From: Desulfomonilia bacterium
Lineage (GTDB): Bacteria; Desulfobacterota; Desulfomonilia; UBA1062
NCBI GenBank assembly: GCA_963664325.2
Contig: CAXXDQ010000007.1
Coordinates: 768,001 to 832,000, forward strand
Length of the DNA stretch: 64,000 bases
Direction: 5' to 3'
Below the pieces are notes generated by a model. It saw nothing but the letters and a program-made list of their open reading frames with translations, did not search any database and was not told the DNA's origin. Positions 39,553 to 48,020 of the stretch are shown piece by piece. Within the stretch, counting starts at the first letter, position 1; every line of letters starts with the position of its first letter. A program made the translations under genes and the position numbers.

Positions 39553-40761
39553 TTACTTTAAATTAGGTTTATTCACCTCGGGTTCCAGTGTTATTTTAAG
39601 GGGCTGTTCACCCTTTTTGTCAAGGTTTACCTGCGCCTCCCACTCCAGATAACCCGGCATGCTTATCTTCACCTCATGCTCACCGAGGCTCAGCGGTATC
39701 TTAAGCGGAGATGCCCCTTTTGATTTGCCGTCGATAAACACCTGTGCGCCGACCGGTTCGCTGTCCAGATTTAAAACAGCTTCAGCCGAAGGATTCTGCT
39801 TAACGGGCCCAAGGGCAGGCCTGTCTTTTTTGCCCGACATGACTAAAATTGCCGCTGCCGCCACCAGTACAGCCATGGCGATAATTACTGCCGCCGCGAT
39901 TCGTCTGCCGGGTTTTCCCTTACGGGGAATCATCCCGGCCTCAAGGAGCTGATTTCCCCTTGTTGCTGCAAGCGCTTCAGCCATATCCCTGCCTGTCTGG
40001 TATCTCAGTGCAGGGTCCTTGGAGAGGCTCTTCATGATGACATCTGAAAGGGCCCTGGGCATATCCGGTTTCAAATCCGCCAGGTCGACGGGGACGGCTG
40101 TTGTAATTGAATTGAAGATCGACCCCAGGTTCTCACCCTTGAAGGGTTTAACCCCCGATACAAGCTCATACAGGATAACCCCAAGGGAAAAGAGGTCTGA
40201 CCTGCCGTCCACTTTTTTGCCCAGGACCTGTTCTGGCGACATGTAGTTCGGTGTCCCGAGTATCTCGCCCGCCTGTGTCTGCTGTGTCGCTTCGGTATCG
40301 TCTATATGCGCAATCCCGAAATCGGTTATCTTCACGTGGCCATCTTCCGTAATCATTATATTGGGCGGTTTGATGTCCCTGTGGACTATCCCCTTCCCGT
40401 GCGCATAATCAAGGCTTGAGGCAATTTCAATACCCAGCTCCGTTATTTCATCATATGAAGGTGTCTTGTCCCTTGCATGAACATTGAGCGGCGAACCCTT
40501 CAGCAATTCCATCGCTATGAAAACAGTATTCTGGTCCTCACCAACGTCATAGACAGTAACTATATTGTTGTGGGCGAGCCTGCCTATGGCCCGTGCCTCC
40601 TTGAGAAACCGCTGGACGAAATCCGCGCTTTCGACCCTGTCGGGACGCAATATCTTGAGGGCAACTTCCCTGTTTATGTTCGGATCATGGGCGAGATAGA
40701 CCATGCCCATCGAGCCCCTGCCGAGTTCCCTGATGATTTCGTAACGTCCGTATTTCATCAC
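39553..40761 (-). CDS. Hanks-type Ser/Thr protein kinase with TM and PEGA domain
   Basis: LGRGSMG, VALK, HRDIKPPN, DFG, GTPNYMSPEQ; TM; SEPVGAQVFIDG..G.SPL PEGA. Confidence 0.95.
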   Translation of the reverse strand: MMKYGRYEIIRELGRGSMGMVYLAHDPNINREVALKILRPDRVESADFVQRFLKEARAIGRLAHNNIVTVYDVGEDQNTVFIAMELLKGSPLNVHARDKTPSYDEITELGIEIASSLDYAHGKGIVHRDIKPPNIMITEDGHVKITDFGIAHIDDTEATQQTQAGEILGTPNYMSPEQVLGKKVDGRSDLFSLGVILYELVSGVKPFKGENLGSIFNSITTAVPVDLADLKPDMPRALSDVIMKSLSKDPALRYQTGRDMAEALAATRGNQLLEAGMIPRKGKPGRRIAAAVIIAMAVLVAAAAILVMSGKKDRPALGPVKQNPSAEAVLNLDSEPVGAQVFIDGKSKGASPLKIPLSLGEHEVKISMPGYLEWEAQVNLDKKGEQPLKITLEPEVNKPNLK

Positions 40762-41732
40762 TCCTGCCTTTCCTTGATAAAAAGCAAAACCGTATCAAGG
40801 GGTGTGATATAGGAATAATCAAGCCTTCCCCTGAGTCTACCCTTGATGATCCCTGCAAAGACACCGTTTTCCGTGAAAACCGGACCGCCGCTGTCCCCGG
40901 GCCTGACTTCCATCTGCGCCTGCCAATAAACCTGTCCGTCCACTTTCCTGGAGTTGCCGCTTATTACACCGCTGATTATCTGGCGGCTGTTTTTTTCCGC
41001 ACATCCGAAAGCGATCACCTTCTGAGAATCATAAAGATTCGATGCGCCCTTCAGGATATTGACTTCCGTCTTGAAGCCGTATCTGCAGTCAATGAATGCA
41101 AGGTCTTTTTTCCTGTCAATTTTTATCAGCCTGCCGCTCAGGACCTGCCCGTTTTTTGTAAATACACGTATTGCAGCCCGGTTGCTGAGATAATGGGCGG
41201 TGCACAATATCAGCCCCTTTTTGTCTGCTACAAAGCCTGTGAGATTGACTGTCTCTCCCTGCAGGACAGCTTCTATGCATACGACGCTTTCCGAGTTGCC
41301 CGGGTTTGCCGCCCCGATATCAGTCCCGGCCGGATCATCATATTCCCTAGAAATCTTTTTCACCTTGAGTTTGTCGACATAGCCTGCAAGATAATCCGTC
41401 AGTTCAGATGTATCGTTATTGCCTTGCTTGAGCGGCACGACGGCTACAAAGGAAGCCATCGGCGAATCTGTGGTTATTCTTACCTGAATATCCCCATTCT
41501 TTCCGGACGCCTTTATGAGCGAGATATCACGGCTTTCCTCTATTGTGATTTCATAACCCTTTTGTCTCATCCAGGCTTCAATAATGTCTGACGTCTCAGA
41601 CCTCGGCAGGGCGATATGATAGGGTTTTGCATTATCCAGGGCAGAAATAACCGTCGGGAACACAGGTAAAGATAAAAATATCAGAATTGCAACTATAAGA
41701 TCTTTTTTCAGGCCTGAAGCCGGATCACTCAT
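40758..41732 (-). CDS. exported trypsin-like (S1) serine protease
   Basis: Catalytic triad motifs CTAHY, KDLA, PGDSGGP; signal/TM N-terminus; ATG at 41732 overlaps the upstream TGA. Confidence 0.85.
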   Translation of the reverse strand: MSDPASGLKKDLIVAILIFLSLPVFPTVISALDNAKPYHIALPRSETSDIIEAWMRQKGYEITIEESRDISLIKASGKNGDIQVRITTDSPMASFVAVVPLKQGNNDTSELTDYLAGYVDKLKVKKISREYDDPAGTDIGAANPGNSESVVCIEAVLQGETVNLTGFVADKKGLILCTAHYLSNRAAIRVFTKNGQVLSGRLIKIDRKKDLAFIDCRYGFKTEVNILKGASNLYDSQKVIAFGCAEKNSRQIISGVISGNSRKVDGQVYWQAQMEVRPGDSGGPVFTENGVFAGIIKGRLRGRLDYSYITPLDTVLLFIKERQE

Positions 41733-42097
41733 GACCTCAACCTTGCACCGCATTTGGGGCAATCTTTTATGAAATCTTTTCCGCCTCTCTGTGAATTTGA
41801 CGCACCATCCTTCAGTTGCTCGCCGCAGGCAGGGCATCTCCAGAACTTTTCCCTGGCAACGCGCTCGAACACACCCAGAAGGATTAAAAGTATTACGCCT
41901 CCTGAAAGGATTATACCCTTTACATTCAGGGCGCCGGTCCCGCTGCCATAGTATTTGTAAACAAATATGGATATGAGGACATATGCCGCGACAAGCACCA
42001 GCATTCCCAGATGCGAAACGTTAAGCAGTATCTTTTGAGAAGCAAACTTTTCAATCACCTGTTCTTCCTGCGGGGTTTTCTTGGGGTTTTCGTTCAT
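41729..42097 (-). CDS. small 2-TM membrane protein with C-terminal zinc ribbon
   Basis: Two hydrophobic helices, then WRCPACG...CPKCG. Confidence 0.7.
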   Translation of the reverse strand: MNENPKKTPQEEQVIEKFASQKILLNVSHLGMLVLVAAYVLISIFVYKYYGSGTGALNVKGIILSGGVILLILLGVFERVAREKFWRCPACGEQLKDGASNSQRGGKDFIKDCPKCGARLRS

Positions 42098-42933
42098 AAA
42101 CCTGATACCGTCCTTTCTATTAATTCCTTTCCATTCTCAAAAAAGACTCTCTCATAAAATTCATCTGACAGATCATAGCTCAAGAGTGTTTCAATTTCAG
42201 ATTCCCTGGGCATTATGAGATTGGGAAAATCGGAACCGTACAGTATTCTCTTCCTGTTGCGCTCCAGGGCCGGTTTTCCAAGATCATAGCTGCCTTTACC
42301 TTCAAATTCCTTGAAAAACGCAAAGGCCGTGTCAAGGTACATGTTTGGATTTTCATCAAGGGCCTTCATAAAACCATTATATTCATATGCGCCCATGTGT
42401 GCAACAATTGCAGGCAGTTCAGGATATCGTTTCATAAGCTTTCTGAAATGATCGAGTCCCACATACTCGTTTCCGACCGGCCCGTTTCCCGCATGCAGAA
42501 GCAGGTATTTCCCCTTGTCCATAACCATCTCATACATGGGGAAAAGCCTTTCATCATGGGGATAGAACTTCTGCACCAGCAGTTGAAGCTTTATGCCGAG
42601 AACCCTGGGATGCGAAAGCGCCCTTTCGGCAATCTTAACGGCATTTTTATCCCCGGGATGATAGGCCGCGAAACAGTAAAGCCCTTCGAACTCATCGAGA
42701 ATGCCCAGGTTCCATTCGTTAAGTCCCTCTGCAACACCTTCTCTGTGAGCATAGTTGGAGTATACAATTTCTCCGACACCCCTTTCATGAAGGTACTCGA
42801 TGCACCGGGCATGGTACATCCTGTAAAGAACATCCCACTTGTAATCGCTTATGAACGCCTTCCATATTGCATCGAACATCCGGTCCGGAAAAAGGTGGAC
42901 ATGAAAATCTATAATCTTCCCAGGAATGGCCAT
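42094..42933 (-). CDS. amidohydrolase family protein (Amidohydro_2)
   Basis: IDFHVH, LLHAG, VAHMG, LYGSDFP. Confidence 0.9.
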   Translation of the reverse strand: MAIPGKIIDFHVHLFPDRMFDAIWKAFISDYKWDVLYRMYHARCIEYLHERGVGEIVYSNYAHREGVAEGLNEWNLGILDEFEGLYCFAAYHPGDKNAVKIAERALSHPRVLGIKLQLLVQKFYPHDERLFPMYEMVMDKGKYLLLHAGNGPVGNEYVGLDHFRKLMKRYPELPAIVAHMGAYEYNGFMKALDENPNMYLDTAFAFFKEFEGKGSYDLGKPALERNRKRILYGSDFPNLIMPRESEIETLLSYDLSDEFYERVFFENGKELIERTVSGL

Positions 42934-42939
42934 ATTCCC

Positions 42940-43674
42940 TTACATATCTCCCGATATCCGGACCAGCACGACGGTAATATTATCTTTCCCGCCCCCCGCC
43001 TTCGCCAGGTCGATCAGGCCCGATGCCATCTCCTCAAGAACGGAATAATTATTCATGCATTTTTCAATGGCCGCATCATCGGCCATGTCGGTCAGACCGT
43101 CGGAACACAGGAGATAAACATCACCCTTGACCGCCTTTGATTTGATTATATCAAGGCTGAAATTCTCCTCGACTCCGACCGCACGCAAGATCACATGCCG
43201 CATCTTGTGCTTCTTCGCCTCCTGGGCAGTAATTGCCCCCTGGTCTATCTGCTCCTGGATCAGTGAATGGTCTCTGGTTACCTGTTTCAGCATGCCGCTC
43301 CTTAACCTGTAGGTCCTGCTGTCGCCGACATGGCCTATTACAATAAGATCGTCCGACAGGCTGAGAAGCTCTGCCGTCGTACCCATTCCCCTGTGATCAG
43401 GGAAAAGCATGATATGTTCGCGTATATTGCCGTTAGCCGTTATGTAAGTCTGCTGGACAGGAAATACGGGGTCACCCTTATCACCCTGCACCCACTCTTC
43501 ATAGATATCAACCGCTGCATCCACGAAGATCCTGCTGGCAATCTCTCCTGCCGCAGCACCTCCCATGCCGTCGGCCACAACGCATAAGTTAAGGTCTTCC
43601 CTTATGAGATATGAATCTTCGTTATTGGCTCTTTTCAGTCCGGGATCGGTTTTTCCGAATGTGATTATCTTCAT
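42940..43674 (-). CDS. PP2C-family Ser/Thr phosphatase (Stp1/PrpC type)
   Basis: RANNED, VADGMGG, MGTT, HVGDSR, CSDGL, GGKDNIT. Confidence 0.95.
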   Translation of the reverse strand: MKIITFGKTDPGLKRANNEDSYLIREDLNLCVVADGMGGAAAGEIASRIFVDAAVDIYEEWVQGDKGDPVFPVQQTYITANGNIREHIMLFPDHRGMGTTAELLSLSDDLIVIGHVGDSRTYRLRSGMLKQVTRDHSLIQEQIDQGAITAQEAKKHKMRHVILRAVGVEENFSLDIIKSKAVKGDVYLLCSDGLTDMADDAAIEKCMNNYSVLEEMASGLIDLAKAGGGKDNITVVLVRISGDM

Positions 43675-43735
43675 ATATTACACGACTCATACCACTTGAC
43701 AGGCTGCTGATTCAAGTTGTACTTGAGGCAATATT

Positions 43736-44683
43736 ATGAAAATGCCCCCTATAATCACGGTTCAGCTGATCCACCTTCAGGGGCCGATGAAAGGCCAGAT
43801 CCAGGAATTCTCTGAAAACACCATATCCATAGGCCGCCAGGCCGACTGCAGCGTGCAGTTCCCAAAGGATATGACAACGATATCCCGCCTGCATGCCGAA
43901 ATTGAGCGAGACGGCAACCGCTTTAAGCTCACCGACAAAAGCGCGAACGGCACTTTCGTCAATGGCAAGAAAATAACTGAAACCTACCTTAAAGACGGTG
44001 ACGTCATAATGTTTACGGAAGGCGGACCGAAAGTCAGCTTTATTGCCGCAATTTCCGAAGCGCCTGCTGAAACCGCACCGATTATTGCTCCTCTACAACC
44101 AAAGCATGAGCCGGTGATTACATCGCCGATACCCGCGCCTGTACCACCGGTCTTGACACAGGAGCCTAAGGCGCAAAAACAGGCTTTTGTTCCACCGGTT
44201 CCGGAACCGCCCAGACCGGTTCCCGAAACGCCAGTGCGGGCAGCCTTTGACGGTGCTCAGGAAAAAGTTCAGGTTCCGCTGATGATACAGTTCGGCCCGG
44301 CACTGCGCTCATACAAAGAGCTGCCGGTCACAATCGGGAAAAGCCCTTCAAGCGGATTTGTCATGGCGCATCCGGACATTTTGGAAAATCACGCGCAGAT
44401 ACTTTTCAGCCAGGGCGCATACAGAATAAGAGACCTTACAGGGAAAAACCTGATAAAGTTAAACGGCAGAACAATTGAGTTCGAGACGGCATTATCCACT
44501 AATGACGTTATACACCTGAGCCCGAACGGTCCTGCGCTGCGTTTCCTCGGCGAAGGAAGGCTCGCAGAGCACGAAGAAGCCACTGCTGAAGATGAAATAG
44601 CAGGGCCTTCAGTAACTCCCGCGCCCCATAAAGAAGAAAAATCAAAAGGCCTGAAAGGTTTCATGGATTTGTTCAAGAAATAG
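43736..44683 (+). CDS. double FHA domain protein with Pro-rich linker
   Basis: FHA1 canonical (IGR..SRLH..SANGTFVNG); FHA2 degenerate (IGK..ENH..GKN). Confidence 0.9.
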   Translation: MKMPPIITVQLIHLQGPMKGQIQEFSENTISIGRQADCSVQFPKDMTTISRLHAEIERDGNRFKLTDKSANGTFVNGKKITETYLKDGDVIMFTEGGPKVSFIAAISEAPAETAPIIAPLQPKHEPVITSPIPAPVPPVLTQEPKAQKQAFVPPVPEPPRPVPETPVRAAFDGAQEKVQVPLMIQFGPALRSYKELPVTIGKSPSSGFVMAHPDILENHAQILFSQGAYRIRDLTGKNLIKLNGRTIEFETALSTNDVIHLSPNGPALRFLGEGRLAEHEEATAEDEIAGPSVTPAPHKEEKSKGLKGFMDLFKK

Positions 44684-44779
44684 AATCTTCGCTTGTATTA
44701 AATACAACATAAAGCAGGCTCAGCTGATATACGATAATCAGGATGCCTTTTCATATCAATTAGAACATAAGGTAGTGGG

Positions 44780-44824
44780 TCAGTTTGAATTTAGGAGATT
44801 TATAATTTCCTCGATTGACCATTT
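44780..44824 (-). pseudogene. C-terminal remnant of an IS1-like transposase
   Basis: Translates KWSIEEIINLLNSN* with the stop inside the TIR; resembles, from memory, the WS.EE.. ending of IS1-family transposases. Confidence 0.55.
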
Positions 44825-44839
44825 AATAATGAAAAATAA

Positions 44840-45442
44840 TTATTTTTTATTTTTAGCCGGATCATGCTTATCCACATCATTTATCGGTAAACCCTTTTGC
44901 TTCAAAATATAATCACGCAACAGAACACCAAAGACAGACATAATATCTTCTACTAAAAGACCGCGATTATAGGCTTCCTGTTTTACCACTAATAATTCAT
45001 TATCGTTAAGACATGATATCATTTTTTCTTTTGCGACACGCATTGATATCATTTGTATATCATAGGCATTGTTAGGCTTATCGGTCTCCACCTCCCTAAC
45101 AAGGTCATAAATACACCTATTCAAGATATCATTGCCGTTTATCTTTTTTACTATTTCTTTTCCAACTTCAGTCAACATTATTGGACTCATAGACGCCACC
45201 GGTCTTTTTGAACCCAAGGTATGATCATATATCAGATCAATCTTGGTTTCTATTTTAATAACCTTTTCGGCAAGATTTTCATTATGCTTAATTTTTTCAT
45301 CAAGAAATTTGAATGTCGTTTTCCATTTACCTGTCCATTTACCTGTTTTATATAGACCAGAACATACAATAATCACAAAGATTATTAATACGAAAACACT
45401 ACTATTTAGTTGTTTAATAAGTTCTAATAATATCGGCCACAT
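44840..45442 (-). CDS. cargo protein, N-terminal TM plus coiled coil, unknown function
   Basis: 200-aa AT-rich ORF inside the TIRs; TM at residues ~16-31; SPIMLTEVG motif. Confidence 0.75.
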   Translation of the reverse strand: MWPILLELIKQLNSSVFVLIIFVIIVCSGLYKTGKWTGKWKTTFKFLDEKIKHNENLAEKVIKIETKIDLIYDHTLGSKRPVASMSPIMLTEVGKEIVKKINGNDILNRCIYDLVREVETDKPNNAYDIQMISMRVAKEKMISCLNDNELLVVKQEAYNRGLLVEDIMSVFGVLLRDYILKQKGLPINDVDKHDPAKNKK

Positions 45443-45593
45443 ATAGTCCTGTTCAAATCAAAAGAAGGATGTAAATACAAATTATTTTGTTAAAAATAAA
45501 TATATTAGTAATCTCCTAATCCCATGGTCTGAAAATTTTGTCAACTACCCACCTGTCAGATTTGTTGGAACTAATACACTTCAAAATTACAGA

Positions 45594-45824
45594 TTAAGTT
45601 TTTATCCAACGCGCCTTAGCCGCCTTCTCTGCTATCTCCTTGCGCCTTTCAGGAGATAGCTTATCCTTTCTGGCCTTGCCACCCTTAAGCCCCCCAAGTC
45701 TCCCCAGCGCAACAGCAGCAGGGTTCTTTTCTGTTTTGGTCTCTGTTGGTACTTGTCCTGTAGCTTCTGCTACGATCTGGAAGGCAAGACTATTAATGTC
45801 GATGAGTCTTTTCTTTTTAGTCAT
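45594..45824 (-). CDS. small basic protein, KNPAAVALGRLGGLKGG family (often labelled histone H1-like)
   Basis: KNPAAVALGRLGGLKGGKARKDKLSPERRKEIAEKAAKARW motif. Confidence 0.85.
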   Translation of the reverse strand: MTKKKRLIDINSLAFQIVAEATGQVPTETKTEKNPAAVALGRLGGLKGGKARKDKLSPERRKEIAEKAAKARWIKT

Positions 45825-45979
45825 GCCATGATATTAGCATGACCGGTTAAGCATTACAAGGTGGGGTTATTTCAAACTGACTCACTACCGAACATAATGA
45901 TATGAGAATATGCCAGTCGGGCTCAATCCCTGTTTAAGTCATGTAGGTTTTGCCTGGACAGCCATTTATTCAAAATCGA

Positions 45980-46135
45980 TTAGTTATCCAAGCTGTCATC
46001 AATTCCATAACCGCTTAACCCGCTTATAAGCATGCTGAGCCCTCGTTCAAGTAGAGTAAGATATCCTGCTACCGCGTGAATACAAACAAGGCCTGCGGTT
46101 GCCATTATGCCGTTCTTTTCCGTTTGATCCTTCAT
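45980..46135 (-). CDS. small hypothetical protein (51 aa)
   Basis: AGGTG RBS before ATG 46135; hydrophobic core; preceded by the duplicated 34-bp motif. Confidence 0.45.
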   Translation of the reverse strand: MKDQTEKNGIMATAGLVCIHAVAGYLTLLERGLSMLISGLSGYGIDDSLDN

Positions 46136-46194
46136 AAATTCACCTGCTGATATTTTTCTTAAAATCTGGGATCGATCATACAATATCAGGCTTA

Positions 46195-46228
46195 CCTGAA
46201 GATTGCCTGGATGTTACCCTTTGGTAAT
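46195..46228 (-). promoter_or_regulatory. conserved upstream motif, copy 1
   Basis: CCTGAAGATTGCCTGGATGTTACCCTTTGGTAAT, 28/34 identical to 48031-48064. Confidence 0.65.
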
Positions 46229-46288
46229 CAGAACAAATCCTTATCTTATAAAACATCCAGGCTTGTTTTATCATTAACTGCCTTTATT

Positions 46289-47854
46289 TCACTTCCCGGA
46301 ACCATTTGCCGGGGTAATGTACGCCAGCCTGGCGAACTTCTTTTTGTTATAGTCCTTCCTGCTTTCGATCAGCATATCTATTTTTGCATTCTGTTTTTTG
46401 ACCTCGTTCAGAATGGCATCCTTTCGGTCGTACCAGGCATAGAGACCTGACTGTTTGATATCCGCAGGCGATTCCACCATCCTGTAATTTTTTCCGCTTA
46501 CAAATGGAAAGACCCCGTCCATGGTCTCTTCCGGAGAGAGCAGGATTATCTCGCGGCCGTTGGCAGCCGCCACTGCCTGCCTGGTAAAGCTCAGGAAATC
46601 CATTATCGGCTTGTCATACTGGTAATACACGGTCATGCACGTGCTCAGGCCTATGCAGATAAGCAGCACCAGCGAGATGGGTTGATACTGCTTCCTGTCA
46701 ACCTTCAATATGAAGACAAGGGCCGCGACGCTGATCAGACCCATGACAGCCCCGAGGACAGGATGGCCGAGAAAAATGCCTGCAAACGGTACGAAGCTTC
46801 CGGCAAAAGCGGCACCCCATGTGATTTTATATAGAATGTTCTCCCACTTTGCCCTGCTTGTATTGGTCAGCCATACGGCTATCATGCAGGCCATTGCCGG
46901 GTACAGGGGCGCAAGGTATATGCCGCGCTTTGTCGAGGCAATCGAAAGCATGACAAAAGGCACTATGAACCAGCTGATGTAGGGGTCGTCCTTGAACTTC
47001 CTTATCGAAGCGATAATGGCCGGGATAAAGAGCAGCGTCCAGGGCAGGATGTCACCCGGCAGCCCCTGCAGATAATACAGAGGCCCGTGCTGATGCCCGA
47101 GGGCTGCGGCCTCGGCTGCACCCGTGAAGCGCATCAGGTTGTTCACGATAAGAACCTCGCGCACAAACGGCCATCCCCCGCGGCTGTACAGGGCCGCTAT
47201 CCACGCGGCGACCGGAAGGGCCGCAAAGAATATTATCAGATGAGGTTTTGTCTTCCAGAGAAGTTTTATGTCACGCTGACGGATTATATCGGCCAGGATG
47301 GATACCGCAATGATAGCCGGTCCTATCAGACCTTTGGCCATAAAGGCCACGCCTGCGGCCAGCCCCAGGAGAATTGCATACCGGGCCTTGTATGACTCGA
47401 TCAGCCGCATGTATGCGAACATCGCAAGCGCCACGCCGAAGACAAGGGCGATATCCACCTGAATCCACCTGGCAAGCATGAAGACCTCCCACGTGCTGGC
47501 GAGGATGCCTGCAGCGATGATTCCTGTTATGGTGCCATGCTTTCTGGATGCTATCAGGAATGTGATCAGGACTGCAAGCGCAGCGAAGAGCAGCGAGGCC
47601 AGGCGGTACGAAATGTCCTGGTCCACGCCGAACATGGCCCCGGAAACAGCCGCCACGGCATAGTATAGCGGAGGCTTTTCAAGAAACGGCTTGCCGTTGA
47701 GGTGCGGTACGACATAGTCTCCGGTACGCACCATCTCGGCGCTGGTTCCCGCGACTCTCGGTTCGTCGGGCCGCCAGAGGCCGTGGTTTATTCCCGGGAT
47801 GATTAGAAGCGAAAATGCGACGATTGCCAGTACTATCCAAACTTTTATGTTCAT
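46289..47854 (-). CDS. ArnT/PMT-like polytopic glycosyltransferase (GT83/GT39)
   Basis: PDEPRVA..EM..GDYVVPHLNG.PFLEKPPL, MAKG, STKRGIYLAP; start at 47854 after GGAGG. Confidence 0.9.
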   Translation of the reverse strand: MNIKVWIVLAIVAFSLLIIPGINHGLWRPDEPRVAGTSAEMVRTGDYVVPHLNGKPFLEKPPLYYAVAAVSGAMFGVDQDISYRLASLLFAALAVLITFLIASRKHGTITGIIAAGILASTWEVFMLARWIQVDIALVFGVALAMFAYMRLIESYKARYAILLGLAAGVAFMAKGLIGPAIIAVSILADIIRQRDIKLLWKTKPHLIIFFAALPVAAWIAALYSRGGWPFVREVLIVNNLMRFTGAAEAAALGHQHGPLYYLQGLPGDILPWTLLFIPAIIASIRKFKDDPYISWFIVPFVMLSIASTKRGIYLAPLYPAMACMIAVWLTNTSRAKWENILYKITWGAAFAGSFVPFAGIFLGHPVLGAVMGLISVAALVFILKVDRKQYQPISLVLLICIGLSTCMTVYYQYDKPIMDFLSFTRQAVAAANGREIILLSPEETMDGVFPFVSGKNYRMVESPADIKQSGLYAWYDRKDAILNEVKKQNAKIDMLIESRKDYNKKKFARLAYITPANGSGK

Positions 47855-48020
47855 AAAATCATACCCTCCTGGGGTTACTTTGAAATGATATGTTAAACGG
47901 TAAGAGTCCAACCGTTTAAAAATATCAGCGCTGAAATCAATCTTTCATATTTCCTGTTGCTCACAATTCAGACTTCCTTTTTATGCAATTTCGCAATCAC
48001 GATTGCATCTCCACTATCAT

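Larger units (their letters stand above)
44771..45889. mobile_element. non-autonomous IS1-family-like cassette, 1119 bp
   Basis: TIRs GGTAGTGGGTCAGTTTGAA (44771-44789) and TTCAAACTGACTCACTACC (45871-45889), 18/19 match; 8-bp direct repeat GAACATAA at 44763-44770 and 45890-45897; AT-rich interior. Confidence 0.9.

Noticed and set aside
42397-43140. 247-aa plus-strand ORF and many similar antisense ORFs (e.g. 8456-9112, 61218-61856)
   Set aside because: They lie opposite well-supported genes and have no motifs or RBS; shadow frames.
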